In this document: one piece after another, positions 1 to 8,742 of the stretch
Layout of the letters: each line of letters starts with the position of its first letter
Numbering within the stretch: the stretch's first letter is position 1
From: a virus
DNA: 64,000 bases
Reading direction: 5' to 3' (one strand)
Virus record (IMG/VR): IMGVR_UViG_3300044638_006409
Coordinates: 32,001 to 96,000 of that record
Notes under the pieces: generated by a model
Told to the model about the DNA's origin: nothing
Database searches by the model: none
The model's input: only the letters and a program-made list of their open reading frames with translations
Program-made: the position numbers and the translations under genes

Positions 1-762
1 TTCAGTACTGACATTGTGGGTGTAAGACAAGCGACAGCTGCTTTATCTAAAATTGATGATTACTTACAAAATTTGAAGTACAACTTTGTTAGAAATATTA
101 TAGACCAAAGAAGAAATGAAATAAAACAACAAAAGGCTGAGATTCAAAGAGGGGCAAGACTTGAAGAACAAGCAATCAAGTATATCACGGAGGGTATTAA
201 ACCTTTATCAACATTATCAAATCGTGAACTTCAAGTTGGCGCACCTTACGAAGATTTCAGACAAGTCAGTCCTGATAAAATTACAATTACACTTAAGTTT
301 TTGAAAGAAACTTTAAAACAAAAAACAGCAAATGAAAATATTCGTTTGTGTGTTTTCTCTTGGTTCTATTTCAGTTCGATATATAATCAATCCTTGGAAG
401 CAAGAGGTTATAATTTTGGTAACATTGTTTTAACTCGATCCGCTCGATGGAGTGACCCATTAATCACAAAATATTTTCCGAAAAAAGAATATTATTGTTC
501 AAGTGACCAAAATCCATTATTTTTAGTTGTATTCCCAAGTTTGGACAAAGTGGTTGATTTTTTCATTGAAAGGTGGACACCATTAATTAATCAATTGAAA
601 GGGACAACACCTACTAATGTCTTTGAATTTACATACATCAACTCTAATGTTGACATCAGTTTAGGTAAAAGAGAGTGGGAAAGTATTAAAAATCAAACAG
701 ATACTTTTGACGCACAACTTTTAATTATTGGTAAAGGTATACAAGCATTTAATGCAATATAG
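1..762 (+). CDS. C-terminal part of a hypothetical protein (5' truncated by window)
   Basis: Frame is open from base 1 to TAG at 760-762; no recognisable motif. Confidence 0.7.
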   Translation, partial: FSTDIVGVRQATAALSKIDDYLQNLKYNFVRNIIDQRRNEIKQQKAEIQRGARLEEQAIKYITEGIKPLSTLSNRELQVGAPYEDFRQVSPDKITITLKFLKETLKQKTANENIRLCVFSWFYFSSIYNQSLEARGYNFGNIVLTRSARWSDPLITKYFPKKEYYCSSDQNPLFLVVFPSLDKVVDFFIERWTPLINQLKGTTPTNVFEFTYINSNVDISLGKREWESIKNQTDTFDAQLLIIGKGIQAFNAI

Positions 763-765
763 TGA

Positions 766-773
766 TATTTATA
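766..773 (+). promoter_or_regulatory. TATTTATA motif (putative phage promoter)
   Basis: Lies just upstream of ATG 786; the same motif precedes many other genes in the window. Confidence 0.55.
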
Positions 774-785
774 AATAAAATTATT

Positions 786-1010
786 ATGAGCGTAAAATTA
801 ATTTTAGATAGTTACTTAGGTAAAAATACAAAAACAACTGAAAAAGATTTAGGTGATGGTACTAAACAAGTTTGTGATTTAGATACTGGTGAATGTTATG
901 TTGTTAGAATGAAAGATGGTCTAATAGAAAGAGTTGACAATACAATGAGAACAAATAAAAGAATCCAAGTGGAAACACAAACTGGGATAAAACAACTATT
1001 AAACGGATAG
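786..1010 (+). CDS. small hypothetical protein
   Basis: ATG 786 follows the TATTTATA motif and an A-rich leader; contains CDLDTGEC. Confidence 0.7.
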   Translation: MSVKLILDSYLGKNTKTTEKDLGDGTKQVCDLDTGECYVVRMKDGLIERVDNTMRTNKRIQVETQTGIKQLLNG

Positions 1011-1014
1011 AAAA

Positions 1015-1698
1015 ATGCGAATCGACCACAAGATTTTAAATGAACTTAGTAGATACAAGGAAATAAATAACTATATTATGGAACAAGATGTTCCACCACC
1101 ACCTCCCCCAGCAGGAGATGTACCACCAGTAGGTGGGGCAACACCACCTCCACCACCTGGTGATACTGGTGCTATGTTACCACCTCCTCCTACAGCACCA
1201 ACAACAAGTGATGTTCCTGCAACACCGGTGGATACTGAAGCAGACCCTGATGTTGAAAAAGTTGAAGACGAAAACTCTAAGAAAGTTGAGGTAACTGATT
1301 TAGTAAAAAGTCAGAAATCTGTGGAAGAAAAACAAGATGAATACTTTGAAAATCTTTTCAACCATTTAAACGACTTAGAAAGTAAACTTTCTGCTATGGA
1401 TGGTATTATTGAAAAATTGAATAATATTGAAACTAAAATTGAAAAATATAGAACTAAAACACCTGAAGAAAAATTGGAACTGAGAACTTTAGATTCAGGT
1501 CCTTTTAATCAAAAATTAAGTCAATTCTTTGAAGACAAAGAAGAAGAGATGGAAATGACAGGTAAAAATGAATATGTTTTAACTCCAGACGAAGTTGAAA
1601 GTTATTCACCAAGTGACATCAAAAGAAGTTTTAGAAATTTCGGAGAAGATGAAATGACACCTGAAGATGATATGAGTAAATTCAAAAAAATATATTAG
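1015..1698 (+). CDS. proline-rich acidic coiled-coil protein, possible head scaffold/internal protein
   Basis: Poly-Pro tracts, acidic composition and a coiled coil; N-terminal ILNELSRYKEINNY resembles the C-terminus of 55243..56934. Confidence 0.5.
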   Translation: MRIDHKILNELSRYKEINNYIMEQDVPPPPPPAGDVPPVGGATPPPPPGDTGAMLPPPPTAPTTSDVPATPVDTEADPDVEKVEDENSKKVEVTDLVKSQKSVEEKQDEYFENLFNHLNDLESKLSAMDGIIEKLNNIETKIEKYRTKTPEEKLELRTLDSGPFNQKLSQFFEDKEEEMEMTGKNEYVLTPDEVESYSPSDIKRSFRNFGEDEMTPEDDMSKFKKIY

Positions 1699-1705
1699 AA
1701 CTTAA

Positions 1706-1737
1706 TTTGACAAACCCACGGCTGACACTTACTATTG
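1706..1737 (+). promoter_or_regulatory. promoter upstream of SSB (TTTG-N20-TACTATTG, also readable as TTGACA-N17-TACTAT)
   Basis: Motifs and spacing read directly in the intergenic region. Confidence 0.6.
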
Positions 1738-1774
1738 TGTATAATATTTCTTAACAAAAAACTTTTTAAACATT

Positions 1775-2626
1775 ATGGCGACAAACCCATTAGATGCTAT
1801 TTTAGCTCAGTACGAACAATCACAAAAATCAGGTAGCAATACCAACAAAATGTCTCAAGATGAGAGAATGAAGAAATACTTCGCAGCTCTTCTTAAGGAC
1901 AATGAAAAACAAGGACAAAAAAGATTAAGAATCCTTCCAACTACAGATGGAAGCTCACCTTTCAAAGAGGTGTGGTTTCACGAAATCCAAGTAGATGGTA
2001 AATGGCAAAAGTTCTATGACCCAGGTAAAAATGATAATGAGCGTTCTCCACTTACAGAAGTATATGAAGAACTTATGTCAACTGGTAGAGATGCCGACAA
2101 AGAACTTGCAAAACAATACAAACCTCGTAAATTTTACATTGTTAAACTTATCGACAGAGATAATGAAAACGATGGAGTTAAGTTTTGGAGATTCAAACAC
2201 AACTACAAAAACGAAGGTATCTTAGATAAACTTATTCCTATCTTTAGAGCAAAAGGTGATGTAACCGATTCTCAAAAAGGTAGAGATATTATCTTAGAGA
2301 TGACCAAAGCAAAAACCCCAAAGGGTGCGACATATACAGTTATTCAAACTATTATGTATGATGACCCAGCTCCACTCCACGAAAACAAAGAAACGGCTGA
2401 AGGTTGGTTAAATGATGAACTATCTTGGGCTGATGTTTACTCTAAAAAACCAGTAGAATACTTGGAAGCTATTGCCAAAGGTGAAACACCAAGATGGGAT
2501 AGTGAAAAGGGTGGTTATGTTTATAGTAACTCAGATTCAGGTGAAGTTGTATTAGGTGGTAAATCCACACCAACTTATTTGGACGATTCTGATGATTTCG
2601 AACCAAGTGGTGACCTTCCGTTCTAA
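1775..2626 (+). CDS. single-stranded DNA-binding protein (T4 gp32-like)
   Basis: LRILP, WFH and GRDIIL motifs; acidic tail ending DLPF; first gene of the replication block. Confidence 0.75.
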   Translation: MATNPLDAILAQYEQSQKSGSNTNKMSQDERMKKYFAALLKDNEKQGQKRLRILPTTDGSSPFKEVWFHEIQVDGKWQKFYDPGKNDNERSPLTEVYEELMSTGRDADKELAKQYKPRKFYIVKLIDRDNENDGVKFWRFKHNYKNEGILDKLIPIFRAKGDVTDSQKGRDIILEMTKAKTPKGATYTVIQTIMYDDPAPLHENKETAEGWLNDELSWADVYSKKPVEYLEAIAKGETPRWDSEKGGYVYSNSDSGEVVLGGKSTPTYLDDSDDFEPSGDLPF

Positions 2627-2642
2627 AAATATTTTTTAACCC

Positions 2643-2673
2643 GAACCCCATTAACAAAGTGGGGTTCATTTTT
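2643..2673 (+). terminator. intrinsic terminator
   Basis: GAACCCCA-loop-TGGGGTTC followed by a T tract. Confidence 0.7.
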
Positions 2674-2684
2674 AATCAAAAAAA

Positions 2685-2912
2685 ATGAAAATTCAAAAAA
2701 AGATGATTGATGCTCTCACTTATAAATATGAAAGTGAGATATCTGAGGCTGAGGCTACTCTCTGGATTTATTTTAATAATCCTGTTGCTATTGGTGAACA
2801 TCCACAACACTTGGAAGAAATGGACAAGTATGTTGAGAAAATGGCTAATGCTAAAGACAAACTGGAAACATTAAAAGAATTCGTAAAATACAATTTAAAC
2901 AATGGCAATTAA
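2685..2912 (+). CDS. conserved small phage protein
   Basis: NPVAIGEHP motif, recalled from small proteins of T4-like phages; helical hairpin. Confidence 0.6.
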   Translation: MKIQKKMIDALTYKYESEISEAEATLWIYFNNPVAIGEHPQHLEEMDKYVEKMANAKDKLETLKEFVKYNLNNGN

Positions 2913-3906
2913 GAAAACGGATTTCAGTAGTATTAAAAAGAAGTTCTCTACCTCAGCAAAGTACAAACAACAAAGATACTTTGACTTGGGTACTGAGTTC
3001 TTGGATGCTGTTGGATTACCAGGTCCTGCTGTAGGTCACCTAAATATGTTTTTAGGTCACTCTGATACTGGTAAAACAACTGCTTTAGTAAAAACTGCAG
3101 TAGATGCTCAGAGAAAGGGTATTCTACCTGTGTTTATTATTACAGAACAAAAATGGAGTTTTGAACACGCTAAATTGATGGGACTACAATGTGAAGAAGT
3201 TGTGGACGAAGAAACTGGTGAAGTTGACTGGGATGGTTTTTATATCTTCAACAATAACTTCGAATATATTGAACAAATCACAGATTATATCAACGACTTA
3301 CTTGATGCACAAGAAAAAGGTGACCTTGAATATAGTTTATGTTTTATGTGGGACTCAGTTGGGTCAATTCCTTGTAAAATGACTTTTGAAGGTAAAGGTG
3401 GAAAACAACATAACGCATCAGTTCTTGCTGATAAAATTGGTATGGGTATTAATCAAAGAATCTCAGGTTCTAGAAAAGCAGATTCAAAGTTTGAAAATAC
3501 TTTGATTATCGTGAACCAACCATGGGTTGAATTACCTGACAATCCTTTTGGACAACCAAAAATTAAAGCTAAAGGTGGTGAAGCAATATGGTTGAACTCT
3601 TCTTTGGTATTTTTGTTTGGTAATCAAAAAGGAGCTGGTACAACTAAGATTACGGCAACTAAAGATAAAAGAAGTGTTAAGTTTGCATCAAGAACTAAAG
3701 TATCTGTATTGAAGAACCATATTAATGGTTTGGGATATGATGATGGTAAGATAATTGTAACTCCCCACGGATTCTTATCAGGTAAAGATACAACTGAAGA
3801 AAAAGCTTCTATTGAAAAATATAAGAAAGAATACGCAGATTATTGGAAAGATTTATTAGGTTTGGAGGGAGATTTTGATTTGAAAGAAGAAAGAGAACAT
3901 GAATAA
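2902..3906 (+). CDS. RecA/UvsX-like recombinase
   Basis: Walker A GHSDTGKT, Walker B-like MWDSVG, IIVNQ, KGGEA and KNH motifs. Confidence 0.85.
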   Translation: MAIKKTDFSSIKKKFSTSAKYKQQRYFDLGTEFLDAVGLPGPAVGHLNMFLGHSDTGKTTALVKTAVDAQRKGILPVFIITEQKWSFEHAKLMGLQCEEVVDEETGEVDWDGFYIFNNNFEYIEQITDYINDLLDAQEKGDLEYSLCFMWDSVGSIPCKMTFEGKGGKQHNASVLADKIGMGINQRISGSRKADSKFENTLIIVNQPWVELPDNPFGQPKIKAKGGEAIWLNSSLVFLFGNQKGAGTTKITATKDKRSVKFASRTKVSVLKNHINGLGYDDGKIIVTPHGFLSGKDTTEEKASIEKYKKEYADYWKDLLGLEGDFDLKEEREHE

Positions 3907-4906
3907 ACTAAAAGTAATATCACTATTTTCGGGTTATGGTACACAAGAGTTGGCACTGAAATACATCGGTGCTAACTATGAAGATGTTGCAAATTGTGAC
4001 ATCCTTAAAGTTGCGAACATAGCTTATGATTCATTACACGAGACAACATTGGGTAACTTGGGGGACATATCAAAGGTAAACGAAGATAGTTTCCCCCAAT
4101 GTGACCTGATGACCTATTCTTTCCCTTGTCAAGATATATCAATATCAGGGGTACAAAAGGGTATTCAAAAAGGTACAAGAAGTGGTTTGTTATATGAAGT
4201 TGAAAGGATTTTGACAAAGAACCAACCGAAGTATCTTTTGATGGAGAATGTTAAAAACTTGGTATCACATAATCACATTGAGAACTTCAAAGCTCATATT
4301 TCATTCTTAAATGAATTGGGTTATGGTTGTTCTTGGAAGGTATTGAATGGCGCCGACTTTGGTTGTCCACAGAATAGAGAGAGGGTGTTTATGATGTCCG
4401 TATTTGGTTTGACAAATAATGAAGTTGAAACAATTATGAGTGGTGTTGAGAAACATAAGAAAGATAGAGTTCCTATGAGACCATTCATCGAAAATGAGAT
4501 TACAGAGGACTTATTTATCACTTGTGACATTACACCTAACCATCCCAAAAAAGATAGTGTGTGCAAACTTGTGGCAAGGAGAAACGATGTTAACTACGAC
4601 CAAGCAAGACGAGTTTATTCGATTGATGGTTGTTCCCCTTGTTTAACAACAACTGGTTCACCACAGATTATGGTTGATGGAAGAATAAGAACTATCACAG
4701 GAAGAGAGGCTTACAGATTTATGGGTGTTAGAGAAGAAGATATTGATAAATTATTATCAACAAGTTTAACAACTAAGAACCACGTAGCTTTAGCTGGTAA
4801 TTCCATTTGTGTACCAGTAATGGAAGCTATCTTTACAGAGTTTTTGGGTGAGTATATCTCACAAACAGAAGTAAAAAAATCGTTCACACAATTAAGTTTA
4901 TTTTAA
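3899..4906 (+). CDS. DNA (cytosine-5)-methyltransferase with C-terminal QLSLF
   Basis: Motifs I (LFSGYG), IV (FPCQ), VI (ENV), VIII (QNRERVF) and X (GNS). Confidence 0.92.
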   Translation: MNKLKVISLFSGYGTQELALKYIGANYEDVANCDILKVANIAYDSLHETTLGNLGDISKVNEDSFPQCDLMTYSFPCQDISISGVQKGIQKGTRSGLLYEVERILTKNQPKYLLMENVKNLVSHNHIENFKAHISFLNELGYGCSWKVLNGADFGCPQNRERVFMMSVFGLTNNEVETIMSGVEKHKKDRVPMRPFIENEITEDLFITCDITPNHPKKDSVCKLVARRNDVNYDQARRVYSIDGCSPCLTTTGSPQIMVDGRIRTITGREAYRFMGVREEDIDKLLSTSLTTKNHVALAGNSICVPVMEAIFTEFLGEYISQTEVKKSFTQLSLF

Positions 4907-5914
4907 ATGACAAGAACATTATTGGTCGATGGAAACAACCTCATGAAGATAGGTTTCCATGGTGTGAAAGATTATTATCATAATGGTAATCATATTGGGG
5001 GTATATGGCATTTCCTAAACACTATTAGAAGATTCATTGAAGAATATAACTTTGACAAGGCGGTAGTGTTTTGGGATGGCGAAGGAAATTCAAGTAAGAG
5101 AAAAATCATTTACCCCCAATATAAAGAAAACAGAATCCAAGAATCTAACGAGTTTAAGGTTCAATCATTTACCTATCAAAAAGAGAGGGTAAAACAATAC
5201 TTGGAGGAGATGTTTATTCGTCAAGTGAACATAGAAAATAACGAAGCTGATGACTTAATTGCTTATTATTGTCAAATAGCGACTGACGAAAAGATTACCA
5301 TTTTTTCATCGGATAAAGATTTAACCCAACTTATATCACAGAATGTTTCCATTTATTCACCATCAGCCAAGCAATTGTATAGTTTTGGTGATAAAATTAA
5401 ACTTAAAGAACATGAGATTCCTCACAACAATATTTTAACATATAAAATATTAGCTGGAGATAAATCTGACAATATTGATGGAATATATTATTTGGGGGAT
5501 AAAACTTTATTTAAATTATTTCCCGAACTACTTGAACAAGATGTAACAATTAACGATATTTTATCCAAGGCTGAAAATCTCCTCAAAGAAGATAAAGAGA
5601 ATAACACACTCAAAAATCTTTTAACAGGTAAGACAAAGACAGGAATTTATGGGGAAGAATTTTTTCAAATCAACCAAAAGATTGTAGATTTGTCAGACCC
5701 ATTGATAGATGATGAGGGGAGAGAGGTGGTTGAATTATATTATAAGGAAACACTTGACCCCGATGGAAGAGGACATCGAAATCTAATTAAAATGATGATG
5801 GAAGATGGATTCTTCAAGTTCTTACCAAAAGGAGATGATGCTTGGGTGAACTTCTTAAAACCCTTTTTAAAACTAACAAGAAAAGAAAAACACAATTTTA
5901 AAACAAAAAAGTAA
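4907..5914 (+). CDS. 5'-3' exonuclease / flap endonuclease (T4 RNase H or Pol I N-terminal-like)
   Basis: LLVDGNN, YKENR, EADD, SSDKD and GDKSDNIDG motifs. Confidence 0.9.
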   Translation: MTRTLLVDGNNLMKIGFHGVKDYYHNGNHIGGIWHFLNTIRRFIEEYNFDKAVVFWDGEGNSSKRKIIYPQYKENRIQESNEFKVQSFTYQKERVKQYLEEMFIRQVNIENNEADDLIAYYCQIATDEKITIFSSDKDLTQLISQNVSIYSPSAKQLYSFGDKIKLKEHEIPHNNILTYKILAGDKSDNIDGIYYLGDKTLFKLFPELLEQDVTINDILSKAENLLKEDKENNTLKNLLTGKTKTGIYGEEFFQINQKIVDLSDPLIDDEGREVVELYYKETLDPDGRGHRNLIKMMMEDGFFKFLPKGDDAWVNFLKPFLKLTRKEKHNFKTKK

Positions 5915-5919
5915 AAACA

Positions 5920-6372
5920 ATGAGAGAGCAAGACATTACCAAATTGGAGTTCTTAATGATGGTTAACGACAACATCATAGTTCAAAGATACTTCAATGTT
6001 AGAGATTACAATCCTGATGCAAGAAATTCAGTTGATTTCAAAGAGTATATGGATGATTTAATCCATAACTTGAATTATCAACTTAAGATGAAAGCTGTGA
6101 GTTATTTGTTGGAGAATCAATATGATATCACAAACAAACCTGACATCCTTAATACCTCCTATGTAGATGGCCCTGAGTACTTTAACATTTATTTAAAACA
6201 AGGGGACAAGTTACTTTGTCATAGAAGATTTGACGCTAAAATCTACCCTCCAAAGATTAGATACACAGTTGACATCAGACAAACAATCAAAGGAATTTTA
6301 TCAGAATTAACTAGTTTATTTTCAGCAAGAGACCTTTCTTTTGATTATCTTGGACTTAATACAAGAGTGTAA
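5920..6372 (+). CDS. hypothetical protein in replication block
   Basis: 150-aa ORF tightly packed in the operon. Confidence 0.7.
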   Translation: MREQDITKLEFLMMVNDNIIVQRYFNVRDYNPDARNSVDFKEYMDDLIHNLNYQLKMKAVSYLLENQYDITNKPDILNTSYVDGPEYFNIYLKQGDKLLCHRRFDAKIYPPKIRYTVDIRQTIKGILSELTSLFSARDLSFDYLGLNTRV

Positions 6373-6399
6373 TATTTATTCATACAACAAATTTAAACT

Positions 6400-7779
6400 A
6401 TGTCATCTAACAAAAATTTTGATTATTTAGGGAGCTCATTTCAGATACAACTACTTAATCAAATTGTGGTAGATAGTACCTTTTCAAGGTCAATAATTGA
6501 TGTAATAGAACCTAATTATTTCGAAAACAAATACTTCAAACTCATCATACAGATGATTAAAGAGTATAATCAAAAGTGGGACTCAGTGCCCACTTTTGAC
6601 ACATTGGAACAAATCACAAAATCTGAGTTTCAACAAGAACAAATTGCTAAAGTAGTAATTGACACACTTAAGAAAATTAAGGATGCACCTATCTCTGGTG
6701 GGGATTTCGTTCAAGAGAAAGCGTTAAAGTTCTGTAAACAACAAGAGTTACAAAAAGCTATCACTAAAGCACAAAAAGTAATTGATGGGGGTGAGTTCGA
6801 AAACTACGATACCCTTGAGGAAATGATTAGAGATGCCCTACAAGTGGGTATCAATGAAAACGGAATGCTGAGTGTATTCTCAAACTTGGATGATGTACTA
6901 AACGAAGATTTTAGACACCCAATTCCTATGGGTATTGGTGGTATCGATAGATTATTAAAAGGTGGTTTAGCTAAGGGTGAGATTGGTGTTGTTTTAGCAC
7001 CAACAGGTGTGGGTAAATCAACATTCTTGACCAAGATTGCAAATCACGGATTTAACTTGGGTTATAATATTCTCCAAATATTTTTTGAAGATAATCCCAA
7101 GGTTATTCAAAGAAAACATTTTACATTATGGACTAAAATCCATCCAGATGATATGTCTAATAAGAAGGAAGAAGTAATGACAAGAGTTAAGGAGATTGAA
7201 CAAAAAATGGAAAATCAACTTATCTTGGAAAAACTTCCCTCTGATACAATGACAATGACACAAATCAAAAATCTTGTAAGAAAAAAGATTGCTGATGGAT
7301 GTAAAATTGATATGATTTTATTAGATTACATCGATTGTGTTGTACCTGAGAAAAACTTGGGTGATGAATGGAAATCTGAGGGTTCAGTTATGAGAGCATT
7401 TGAAGCAATGTGTCACGAATTGAACTTGGTAGGATGGACAGCAACACAAGGTAATAGAAGTTCTATTTCTGCTGAGGTTGTAACAACAGACCAAATGGGT
7501 GGTTCTATTAAGAAAGCTCAGGTGGGTCATGTGATTATATCAGTGGCAAAAACATTACAACAAAAAGAGATGAAATTAGCAACAATTGCGATTACAAAAT
7601 CAAGGATTGGTGATGATGGTATTATCTTCGAAAATTGTAAGTTTGATAATGGAATGTTGGATATCGATACAGAATCTTCGGTAACATTCTTGGGACACGA
7701 AGAACAAAAAGAAGAAAACAATAGACAAAGAATTAAAGATTTATTAGAAAAAAGAAAACAAAGAGAAAACACAAATTAA
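6400..7779 (+). CDS. replicative DNA helicase (DnaB / T4 gp41-like)
   Basis: Walker [22 protein letters not shown] and KSR motifs. Confidence 0.9.
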   Translation: MSSNKNFDYLGSSFQIQLLNQIVVDSTFSRSIIDVIEPNYFENKYFKLIIQMIKEYNQKWDSVPTFDTLEQITKSEFQQEQIAKVVIDTLKKIKDAPISGGDFVQEKALKFCKQQELQKAITKAQKVIDGGEFENYDTLEEMIRDALQVGINENGMLSVFSNLDDVLNEDFRHPIPMGIGGIDRLLKGGLAKGEIGVVLAPTGVGKSTFLTKIANHGFNLGYNILQIFFEDNPKVIQRKHFTLWTKIHPDDMSNKKEEVMTRVKEIEQKMENQLILEKLPSDTMTMTQIKNLVRKKIADGCKIDMILLDYIDCVVPEKNLGDEWKSEGSVMRAFEAMCHELNLVGWTATQGNRSSISAEVVTTDQMGGSIKKAQVGHVIISVAKTLQQKEMKLATIAITKSRIGDDGIIFENCKFDNGMLDIDTESSVTFLGHEEQKEENNRQRIKDLLEKRKQRENTN

Positions 7780-7781
7780 TT

Positions 7782-8732
7782 ATGACAGAAAAAATATTAA
7801 CAGAAAATCCCAATCGTTTTGTGATTTTCCCAATCCAATACCACGACATTTGGGAATACTACAAACAACATCAGGCTGCGTTTTGGACAGCTGAAGAGGT
7901 GGATTTGAGTGGTGACATCAGAGATTGGCAAAACTTATCAGAGAACGAACAATACTTCGTTAAAAATGTATTATCATTCTTTGCTGCATCTGATGGTATT
8001 GTTAATGAGAACTTAGCTGAAAACTTTTACAGAGAAGTACAATACCCCGAAGCGAAATTTTTCTACGGATTTCAATTGATGATGGAAAATATCCATTCAT
8101 TAATGTATTCTTTGTTAATTGATACTTATATATCCAACCCTGATGAAAAGGATGAATGTTTTAATGCAATCGATAGATTACCCGCAGTTCAAAAGAAAGC
8201 TAAGTGGGCATTAGATTGGATTGAAAAAGCGTCATTCCAAGAAAGATTGGTTGCATTTGCTGCAGTAGAAGGTATATTCTTTTCAGGTTCATTCTGTTCT
8301 ATTTTCTGGTTGAAGTCAAGAGGAATTATGCAAGGACTTTGTAATGCAAACTCCTTGATTTTTAAAGATGAAAACCTACATTGTGATTTCGCAATTCACT
8401 TGTTGAATAATCATGTTGAGAATAAACCAAGTGAAAAAAGAATAAAAGAAATATTACTTTCTGCTTTGGAAATTGAAAAAGAATTTATCACTGAATCACT
8501 ACCTATATCATTAATCGGTATGAACTCTAACCTTATGAAACAATATTTGGAGTTTGTTGTTGATGGTTTATTGGTTAAGTTGGGATGTAGTAAACAATTC
8601 AATGTAGAACAACCATTCAAGTTTATGGAACAAATTGCAGTAGAAACAAAAGGTAATTTCTTCGAATCAAGAACGGTTGAGTATCAAAAAGCAAAACTTA
8701 ACGAAACAATTTCATTCACAGACGATTTCTAA
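7782..8732 (+). CDS. nrdB: ribonucleotide reductase class Ia beta subunit
   Basis: [41 protein letters not shown] and NFFE motifs. Confidence 0.97.
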   Translation: MTEKILTENPNRFVIFPIQYHDIWEYYKQHQAAFWTAEEVDLSGDIRDWQNLSENEQYFVKNVLSFFAASDGIVNENLAENFYREVQYPEAKFFYGFQLMMENIHSLMYSLLIDTYISNPDEKDECFNAIDRLPAVQKKAKWALDWIEKASFQERLVAFAAVEGIFFSGSFCSIFWLKSRGIMQGLCNANSLIFKDENLHCDFAIHLLNNHVENKPSEKRIKEILLSALEIEKEFITESLPISLIGMNSNLMKQYLEFVVDGLLVKLGCSKQFNVEQPFKFMEQIAVETKGNFFESRTVEYQKAKLNETISFTDDF

Positions 8733-8742
8733 AATTATTATT

